A DNA stretch of 54,511 bases from a bacterium (lineage in GTDB: Bacteria; JACRDZ01; JAQUKH01). Below, in pieces: positions 47,834 through 54,511 of this stretch (positions are counted from its first letter, which is position 1; the number at the start of each line of letters is the position of its first letter). The DNA is taken from NCBI GenBank assembly GCA_028719205.1, contig JAQUKH010000016.1:1-54511 (forward strand), written 5' to 3'. Under the pieces are notes generated by a model. The model did not search any database and was not told the DNA's origin. It worked only from the letters and a program-made list of their open reading frames with translations. A program made the position numbers and the translations under genes.

Positions 47834-48540
47834 TTTGCCCCTACCACTCTTTTCATAACCTCTTGATAAGCATCCACGATCCCGCCCAGATCCCGGCGGA
47901 AACGGTCTTTATCCATTTTTTCTCTTGTATTCAGATCCCAAAAACGGCATGTATCCGGAGAAATTTCATCTCCCAGAATTACCTTACCTTTATAAAGCCC
48001 GAACTCAAGCTTAAAATCCACCAGCTCTATTTTTTTCTTAAGAAAAAATTTTTGCAAAATATTATTAATTTTCAGCGCTGACCCTTTTAAACTCTCTAAT
48101 TGTTTTTTAGTAGCCCATCCCATCGCGTCAATATGAAATTCATTGACCATAGGGTCTCCCAACGCATCGTCCTTATAATAATATTCTAAAACCGGTTTTT
48201 TTAATACCAGCCCCTCATCCACGCCTAACCGTTTCGCGAGGCTTCCCGCGGCAACATTTCTTGCGACAACCTCAATCGGCAAAATTTGTATTTTTTTAAC
48301 AAGCATCTCTCTGGGGCTTAATAATTTAATAAAATGGGTCGGTATCCCTTTTTCTTCAAGTAAAAGAAAAAGTTTTGACGAAATTGCCGCGTTATATATT
48401 CCTTTTCCCTCAATAGTATCCTTCTTTTTTCCATTAAAAGCTGTTGCGTCATCTTTAAAATATTGGATCACAGTATCTTTATCCCGCGTCGCGTAAATGA
48501 TCTTGGCTTTTCCTTCATAAAGCTTTTTCATCTTTTCCAT
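47827..48540 (-). CDS. purC: SAICAR synthase
   Basis: YEGKAK, FKDDATAF, RNVAAGS, LVDFKLEFG, DEISPDTCRFWD, DKDRFR. Confidence 0.97.
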   Translation of the reverse strand: MEKMKKLYEGKAKIIYATRDKDTVIQYFKDDATAFNGKKKDTIEGKGIYNAAISSKLFLLLEEKGIPTHFIKLLSPREMLVKKIQILPIEVVARNVAAGSLAKRLGVDEGLVLKKPVLEYYYKDDALGDPMVNEFHIDAMGWATKKQLESLKGSALKINNILQKFFLKKKIELVDFKLEFGLYKGKVILGDEISPDTCRFWDLNTREKMDKDRFRRDLGGIVDAYQEVMKRVVGAKC

Positions 48541-48558
48541 AAGACAGCCCCTTTTTTT

Positions 48559-48581
48559 AACGAGGGGTTATGCCCCTTGTT
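48559..48581. repeat. REP-like hairpin in the purC leader
   Basis: AACGAGGGG-TTATG-CCCCTTGTT. Confidence 0.55.
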
Positions 48582-48590
48582 TAGAAGTAG

Positions 48591-48619
48591 ATTATAATAA
48601 ATTTTTAATGGATTGTCAA
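48591..48619 (-). promoter_or_regulatory. Consensus sigma-70 promoter of the purC-rib operon
   Basis: TTGACA-17 nt-TATAAT. Confidence 0.8.
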
Positions 48620-48680
48620 TTCTACCACCATTTTTAAAATAGTTGTCAAAAAATATCAAATTATGTTATAATGCCTGCAT

Positions 48681-49349
48681 ATGTCAGATAAAAAACTTAG
48701 AATTGATGACAGCATAAATATTGAAACGCATAGTCAGATAAGATATAATGCCGCCGGAGAGCAACGCGTAGAAGACGAAAAATTTTACACTAAAGATAAA
48801 AATCTTCTTGAAACCGGTGTTGTATACGCTTTAATTGTCATTGGCGTATTAGCCGGCATTATTATCTATTTGCGGGTCCAGTCATATCACAGCAAAAGAG
48901 AAAAAGAAATGATAGATGCTGTTGAAAAGCAGAAAGATAATGAAAAACAAAAAAATAAATATCTCACCGAAGTAAACGCTTTAAAAAATTCCATATCTGA
49001 AATAAAAAATACTGATGTAATGAAATATTCTTCGACAGAAATAAGCGAATCCGAGGCTGCTGCCCGGGAAGCTGACGCTGAATTAAAAAAGTCTAATTTT
49101 GCTAAAGTAACAGAACTTACTAAAAATGGACAAGATAAACTTGAGGAAGCATCCAATAAAGCTAAACGTATTATGGATGCAAATAAAGAAAAAGAGCTAG
49201 CTAAACAAAAAGAATTAGAGGATAAAAAGCGCGCGGAAGAAGAAAAACAAAAACGGGATGAAAAGAAAAGAAAAGAAATTGAAGCTCAAAAACAAAGAGA
49301 AGATGCTCTTAAACAGCTTAAAGAAATTGAAAATATGATAAAAAAATAA
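48681..49349 (+). CDS. Single-TM coiled-coil hypothetical protein
   Basis: TM segment at about residues 46-65 followed by an E/K-rich helical tail. Confidence 0.7.
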   Translation: MSDKKLRIDDSINIETHSQIRYNAAGEQRVEDEKFYTKDKNLLETGVVYALIVIGVLAGIIIYLRVQSYHSKREKEMIDAVEKQKDNEKQKNKYLTEVNALKNSISEIKNTDVMKYSSTEISESEAAAREADAELKKSNFAKVTELTKNGQDKLEEASNKAKRIMDANKEKELAKQKELEDKKRAEEEKQKRDEKKRKEIEAQKQREDALKQLKEIENMIKK

Positions 49350-49371
49350 ATTATAAGTGAATAGTAAAATA

Positions 49372-50121
49372 TTACATAATTTGTTTTAAGTTATCCTTTA
49401 CCAGCTCATAGTTCGGATTACAATCAAGCGCCTTAGAAAGATATTCCTTTGCTTTTTTAGTCTCTCCGCGTTCACTATAAACAACACCAAGATTACAATA
49501 TACCTGAGCAAGCGGAATTTTATCAACAGCCACTTTTTCCCAAAAAGAAACAGCTTCTTCTATCTTTCCGTTCTTATAGGCCAAAATACCTAAATTTAAA
49601 AAAACCTTTGGATTCTTTGGATCATAGTCTAATGCCTTTTTCCAAAAATCTTGAGCTCTTTTCATATCACCTGTATAATAGTAAATTACCCCAAGGTTAT
49701 AATAAGCCTGATGATGTTCCGGTGATATTTCTATTGCCTTTCTAAAAGCTTCAATTGCTTTTTCATAATTTTTAGTATTAAAAGATTCCACTCCATTGCA
49801 AAAATAAACTTCCGCATTTTCACATTTCTTCCGGTCTTCAAGGATCTCAGGTGTACCTTTACCCTCATCTACCAATAAATCCAGCATATATTTAGCCTTC
49901 GAATGCATTGGATCAATTCTTAATACCTTTTCATATGATAAAACCGCTTTATCAGTATTCCCCATTAAATTGTAAACATTCCCCATTAAATAATGCGCTT
50001 CAACAAAATTAGGATCAATATGCAAAACTTTATTCAACTCTTCAATCGCTTTATCATACTGCTCATCGTCTTGAAAAGCAAAAGCCTTTTCAAAAAGCGA
50101 CCTTCTGGCCTTTAAATCCAT
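49372..50121 (-). CDS. Cytoplasmic TPR protein
   Basis: Multiple TPRs (EAHYLMG, QAYYNLG, VYCNLG); start set at MDLK because of SD GAGGTG; an in-frame ATG at 50202 also exists. Confidence 0.82.
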   Translation of the reverse strand: MDLKARRSLFEKAFAFQDDEQYDKAIEELNKVLHIDPNFVEAHYLMGNVYNLMGNTDKAVLSYEKVLRIDPMHSKAKYMLDLLVDEGKGTPEILEDRKKCENAEVYFCNGVESFNTKNYEKAIEAFRKAIEISPEHHQAYYNLGVIYYYTGDMKRAQDFWKKALDYDPKNPKVFLNLGILAYKNGKIEEAVSFWEKVAVDKIPLAQVYCNLGVVYSERGETKKAKEYLSKALDCNPNYELVKDNLKQIM

Positions 50122-50232
50122 GATATTCACCTCTTTAATTGTTATACTTGAGTAAATAGAAAGGTTCTGGCTGAAAGCCAGGTTCTTTCTGCTTTTACTC
50201 ATTGTTATCCTCGTAGGGGATAAATTGTTATT

Positions 50233-50303
50233 ATTATCTATTATTTATTTTTTTATGTCAAGAAAAAAGGAATCTTGACAAAAACCCTATATCACGATAA
50301 AAT
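50233..50303. promoter_or_regulatory. Back-to-back sigma-70 promoters
   Basis: Minus: TTGACA (50261-50256)-17-GATAAT; plus: TTGACA (50275-50280)-17-TAAAAT. Confidence 0.7.
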
Positions 50304-50312
50304 AAAAAAATT

Positions 50313-51575
50313 ATGAAATCGCATCCCTTAAATTTAAAAGCAATAGCAGCTGTCTTCTTTTTTAATTTAATAATTATTTTATCAAACCACTGCGCGTGTG
50401 AGGAAAATTGGCCGATGTTTAAATTTGACCCGCAGCATAAAGGAAGCGTAAGTTCCGGCCCGGTCCCGCCTCTGGAAATTAAAAAAATGTTTAAAACGGG
50501 GGCAATTATTGATTCTTCTCCGGCTGTAGTGAATAAAAAAGTTTATTTTGGCTGTGATGACAATTTTTTTTATTGCTTTGATCTTGAAAGCGGGAAACTT
50601 ATCTGGAAATTCGAGACTGAAGGCTCTATTATCTCATCACCCTGCGTTAATAAAAATAATGTATATTTTGGTTCCGTAGACGGATTTGTTTATTGCCTGA
50701 ACGCGGAAACCGGCAAATTAACATGGAAACTGAATTTGGAAGCAAGAATAGATGTATCTCCGGCCGCGGCTGACGATTCAATATTTATCGGATCTCATAA
50801 TAATAATTTCTATTGTATAGACGCGAATAATGGAAATATTAAATGGAAATATGCTGACGATTGGTTTATTACTTCCGCTCCGGTCATTTTTGAAGATATT
50901 GTTTACTTTGGTTCGCATAACGGCAATATCTTTGGATTAAATATTAAAACTGGGGAAAAACTTATTACTTTTTCCACCGAAGCAAAACTTGAAGAAAAAA
51001 AAGATGAAACAATAGTCCCTAAACAAACTACCTCATCTTTATATGAGGGAATATTATTAAGCCAACCATCAACAGCACAGAAAAACAAAAAAGAAGCTAA
51101 GGAAAAACCGGTTATAAATATCAGAAAGGGAATATACTCATCCCCTGCCGTAAACAAAAACCTGTTAATAGTATCATCCCTTGATTATTATATCTATGCT
51201 TTTAACCGACAAAACGGGAATTTGGAATGGAAATACAGAACTTTTGATTGCTTATTATCTTCTCCGGTAATATCAGGAGATTATGTCTATATTGGTTCAC
51301 TGGATAATAATTTCTATTGTATTAATATATATACCGGAAAAGTAAAATGGAAATTTCAAACAGCAGGAGATATTTATTCAACACCCGCCATTGTTTCAAA
51401 CCTGATCTATTTAGGGTCATGGGATGGCTACTTGTATGTATTGGACGAAGCCACGGGCAATCTTGTATGGAAGTATAATATCGGGAGCTGGATCAGGTCT
51501 TCGCCTGCCATTTATAACGGTTTGCTATTCTTTGGAGCCCAGGATGGAAACCTTTATGTTCTTGGAAAACGCTGA
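50313..51575 (+). CDS. Exported PQQ-like (BamB-type) beta-propeller protein
   Basis: Signal peptide, WPMFK.D..H.G, eight SSP.V....VYFGS.D...Y.....G...WK blades. Confidence 0.88.
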   Translation: MKSHPLNLKAIAAVFFFNLIIILSNHCACEENWPMFKFDPQHKGSVSSGPVPPLEIKKMFKTGAIIDSSPAVVNKKVYFGCDDNFFYCFDLESGKLIWKFETEGSIISSPCVNKNNVYFGSVDGFVYCLNAETGKLTWKLNLEARIDVSPAAADDSIFIGSHNNNFYCIDANNGNIKWKYADDWFITSAPVIFEDIVYFGSHNGNIFGLNIKTGEKLITFSTEAKLEEKKDETIVPKQTTSSLYEGILLSQPSTAQKNKKEAKEKPVINIRKGIYSSPAVNKNLLIVSSLDYYIYAFNRQNGNLEWKYRTFDCLLSSPVISGDYVYIGSLDNNFYCINIYTGKVKWKFQTAGDIYSTPAIVSNLIYLGSWDGYLYVLDEATGNLVWKYNIGSWIRSSPAIYNGLLFFGAQDGNLYVLGKR

Positions 51576-54320
51576 TTACTTTCCGCCTTTTAATTTCACG
51601 GCGATCATATTAATCTGTGCTATAGTTTGGTCTATTAATTCACTCCTTGGATATTTTTCGATCAATTTTCTATAAGCGCCCAAAGCATTCCCCCAACTTT
51701 CTTTTTTTTCATAAGCCTGGCCGATCATAAATAAAGCGTCATCCGCGAGTTCATTTGTCTCATAAAAAGTAACCAGTTTATCCCAATGATAAATCGCTTT
51801 ATCAAATAGCTGGACATTATAATAGTATTGTGCCAGATTAAACATAACTGTGGGAGTTTTATCGCCTGTAGGAAATTTTTCAACAATAAATTCCATATTT
51901 TTTATATAATTTTCGATGTTCCCGGCATCTTCATACAATTTTGCCAGTTCATATATTTTTTCAAAATATAGTTCCTGATCCGGATTTTGCAGTTTTACCT
52001 CAAATGCTTTTTCAGCTTTTTTATATCTGGATATAGCCTCTTCTTTATATTCACTTTGAGAAAATTTATCAATGATCGATTTAAAAGCTTCCATGGCCTC
52101 TTTAAACTTGCCTTGATTGTAATAGTTTGTCCCAAGATTAAAATTTGCGGCTGCGATAAATTTAGTATCGGGAAAATCACTAATTATCGTTTCGTAATGT
52201 TTATTAGCTTCTTCATATTTATTAATTTTAGAATACGTTAACGCGACCTCATAATGAGCTTCAGCCAAAAATTCACTTTTTGGATAATCGTGAAAAACTT
52301 TTTCATAAACTTCAATTGCCTTTTCATATTCTTTCATCTTTTCGTAAGCCCTTGCGATCCCGAATTGCGCTTCATCTAAATATTTACTTTCCGGATACTT
52401 GGAAATCAAACCCTGGAACCATAGGATTGCCTTCTCATAATTTTTGTTTTGATAATACCACAACCCGAGCCAACGCTGAGCAACATCGGCAAATTTGCTT
52501 GCAGGATAATTACGGGCTATTTTTTCAAAAACCGCGGCAGTTTTTTCCATATCTTTTAACTCAATATCCAAAAGAGCAATTTGATACAATGACTCAACTG
52601 CTAAATTATCATCAGGATATTTATCAACTATCTGCTGAAAATAAATAATAGCGGTAGCAAGATCTTTGTTCCCCAGGCAGGAATACGCAAGTTCATAAAT
52701 AGCTTTTAATGTGAATTCACTTTCCGGATATTTTTCTAATACAATTTTATACGCCGCGATCGCTTCATTATATTTTTTCTGGTCATAAAATATTTTAGCG
52801 ATCAGGTATTGGATACGGGAAGCAGTTTTAGTATCAGATTTTAAACTAGTCGCTTTTGTAAATTCTTCAACCGCTGAATCATATTTTTTAGCGGCTAAAA
52901 AATTCTCACCCAGTTTTATCTGTGCCTCCGCGGCTTGGTCACTTTCCGGATATTCGCTGATAAGGCGGCGGTAAATCTTTTCTAATTCATCAATTTTTTT
53001 ATCCGCTTCATAAATTTTAGCTAAACCTAATAAAGCTATAGGAGCATATTCCGTTTTAGGATATTCTGTTAAAATCCTATTGTAATATATTGCCGCTTTA
53101 TCATAACGGCCTATTTTAAAATTACATTCAGCTATACTGCTTATAGTTGAAGCCACAAATTCCTTATCCGGATAAGTTTTTATTATATCTATAAATTCTT
53201 TAACAGCGGGTTCAAACCAATCTATCCAATTAGCCACCTCTTCCGGTTTTTCAGCTTGGGAGATCTTTTCCACAATAATAGTAAAAACCGATAAAGCCTG
53301 ATTATTCTGGCCTAATTTCATATAAAGCTTGCCAACTTCATATAATGAACGGGCAACTAAACTGCTTTCAGGAAAAAGTTCGGTTAATTTTTGATACGCC
53401 TGTATCGCTCCCGAGTAATCATTTTTTATCTTATAAACCTCAGCTAAATTAAACTGCGCGGCATCCAGGAATTCCCCTTTTGTATATTTACTCAAAAGCT
53501 CATTATAAGCAATAATTGCTTCATCAAACTTTGCTTTTTGCTGATAACTATTCCCGATATAATACATCGCGTTAGAAACAAATTCGCTTTCAGGAAAACG
53601 TTTAATTAATTCTTTAAGGGTAGTAATAACATTATCATAATCTTCTTTTTTATAATACGCTAAACCCAGCGCGTAAGAAACATCATCCAATAAATCTCCC
53701 TCCGTGTAATCTTTCAGAATTTGGGAAAAGTCCGCTATGGCCTTGTCATAATCTTTAGACTGGAAATAAGATAAAGCGATCCAGTACTGGGCTTGGGGAG
53801 TAAATTCGCTGCTGGGATACTTCAAAATAACCATTTGATACGCTTCGATCGCCAGAGAATATTCACCCTTATTATAATACGCGTCGCCAATCCGAAACTG
53901 TGCTTCAATACCGGTAAGCGTGCCCGGGTATTTTAGTGTTACCTTCTGGAATTCAGCGATAGCATCATCATATTTTTCTTCTTCAAAATATATCCACGCG
54001 ATATTAAAAGCGGATTTCGCGGAACTTTCACTGCTGGGGTATTTCTGAACTATTTTTTGATATTGCTCAATTGCTTCTTTATTTTGTTTTAACTGGAAAT
54101 AACTTTCTCCGATACGGTATTCCGCGTCAGAGACAAGGTTGTCATTAGGAAAAAGCTGGATAAATTCTTTAAATTGCTTTATAGCATTAACATAGTCCTT
54201 ATCTTTAAATAATCTTATTCCTAATTGATAACTTTCAACTGCTTCCTCACTTGCAAAAGCAATGTTCGCGCAACTGACAATTAAAACAAACAAAATAATA
54301 ATTCTTTTAAATAATAGCAT
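51576..54320 (-). CDS. Large exported TPR-repeat protein (BamD/CpoB-like repeats)
   Basis: Signal peptide; more than 20 repeats of A.Y.I...Y....Y..AI..Y......YP.S. Confidence 0.85.
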   Translation of the reverse strand: MLLFKRIIILFVLIVSCANIAFASEEAVESYQLGIRLFKDKDYVNAIKQFKEFIQLFPNDNLVSDAEYRIGESYFQLKQNKEAIEQYQKIVQKYPSSESSAKSAFNIAWIYFEEEKYDDAIAEFQKVTLKYPGTLTGIEAQFRIGDAYYNKGEYSLAIEAYQMVILKYPSSEFTPQAQYWIALSYFQSKDYDKAIADFSQILKDYTEGDLLDDVSYALGLAYYKKEDYDNVITTLKELIKRFPESEFVSNAMYYIGNSYQQKAKFDEAIIAYNELLSKYTKGEFLDAAQFNLAEVYKIKNDYSGAIQAYQKLTELFPESSLVARSLYEVGKLYMKLGQNNQALSVFTIIVEKISQAEKPEEVANWIDWFEPAVKEFIDIIKTYPDKEFVASTISSIAECNFKIGRYDKAAIYYNRILTEYPKTEYAPIALLGLAKIYEADKKIDELEKIYRRLISEYPESDQAAEAQIKLGENFLAAKKYDSAVEEFTKATSLKSDTKTASRIQYLIAKIFYDQKKYNEAIAAYKIVLEKYPESEFTLKAIYELAYSCLGNKDLATAIIYFQQIVDKYPDDNLAVESLYQIALLDIELKDMEKTAAVFEKIARNYPASKFADVAQRWLGLWYYQNKNYEKAILWFQGLISKYPESKYLDEAQFGIARAYEKMKEYEKAIEVYEKVFHDYPKSEFLAEAHYEVALTYSKINKYEEANKHYETIISDFPDTKFIAAANFNLGTNYYNQGKFKEAMEAFKSIIDKFSQSEYKEEAISRYKKAEKAFEVKLQNPDQELYFEKIYELAKLYEDAGNIENYIKNMEFIVEKFPTGDKTPTVMFNLAQYYYNVQLFDKAIYHWDKLVTFYETNELADDALFMIGQAYEKKESWGNALGAYRKLIEKYPRSELIDQTIAQINMIAVKLKGGK

Positions 54321-54322
54321 CG

Positions 54323-54511
54323 CTACCTTATATTTGTAAAATCAATTTCTATAATAGCTATACGTTCCGCGCCGTCTGAACTTGCTTTAAAAATCCTCTT
54401 TTTTATACTATCCAGCGCCAGTTGATCCAGCTCCATAAATCCGCTTGATCTTGCTATTTCGGCCTTGGTTACTTTACCTTCAGGATTGATCCAAACACGC
54501 ACTGTAGTAAT
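54323..54511 (-). CDS. TonB-family energy transducer, C-terminal part (runs off the window)
   Basis: Hand translation: TVRVWINPEGKVTKAEIARSSGFMELDQLALDSIKK..IEIDFTNIR*. Confidence 0.75.
   Translation of the reverse strand: MTTVRVWINPEGKVTKAEIARSSGFMELDQLALDSIKKRIFKASSDGAERIAIIEIDFTNIR

Noticed and set aside
50213-50225. GTAGGGG resembling the start of a REP
   Set aside because: No downstream complementary arm; it belongs to a different small hairpin
5889-52648. Many 60-160 aa ORFs antisense to or nested in recognised genes (for example 5889-6215, 14412-14843, 16345-16752, 45380-45784, 52280-52648)
   Set aside because: Shadow frames of well-supported genes, with Ser/Phe/Ile-biased composition and no recognisable motifs
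1-54511. tRNA, rRNA, IS or prophage genes
   Set aside because: No cloverleaf or rRNA-like segments, transposase, integrase or phage structural ORFs were recognised by eye

Overview
AT-rich chromosomal window from a diderm bacterium; almost all genes are on the minus strand and no lineage can be assigned from sequence alone. 1-18.9 kb: larE, a FliA/WhiG sigma-28 factor, a small putative ribbon-helix-helix protein, DUF2723/DUF4159/PDZ/polyprenyl synthase/porin-like genes, then a Wsp-like chemosensory operon (cheW-cheW-heme-c MCP-hybrid cheA-cheB-REC/GAF/GGDEF cyclase-cheR/TPR) that runs into prfB (programmed +1 frameshift) and an HD-GYP phosphodiesterase. 19-21.9 kb: a divergent secreted repeat/PKD protein. 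21.9-35.7 kb: an accessory region with unannotated small ORFs, GTAG-type REP-like hairpins, short tandem arrays, and a type I R-M locus carrying inserted genes (dinD, Zn-ribbon protein, trypsin-like protease, DUF2188, nucleoside-deoxyribosyltransferase/TIR-like protein, extra half-HsdS), a NUDIX hydrolase and a RelE-type toxin-antitoxin pair. 35.8-48.5 kb: purC-purF-ribD-ribE-ribBA-ribH-nusB-multiheme cytochrome c (22 predicted hemes)-metallophosphoesterase-secA-lnt. 48.7-54.5 kb: TPR, PQQ-propeller and TonB-linked genes. The strongest unexplained signals are a 28-bp perfect palindrome inside dinD (encoding [10 protein letters not shown]) that is copied almost exactly over dinD's own promoter, the protease-DUF2188-NDT/TIR-like cassette inside the R-M locus, and a mok/hok-like 24-aa membrane-peptide locus. 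Family names come from motif recognition, not database searches.
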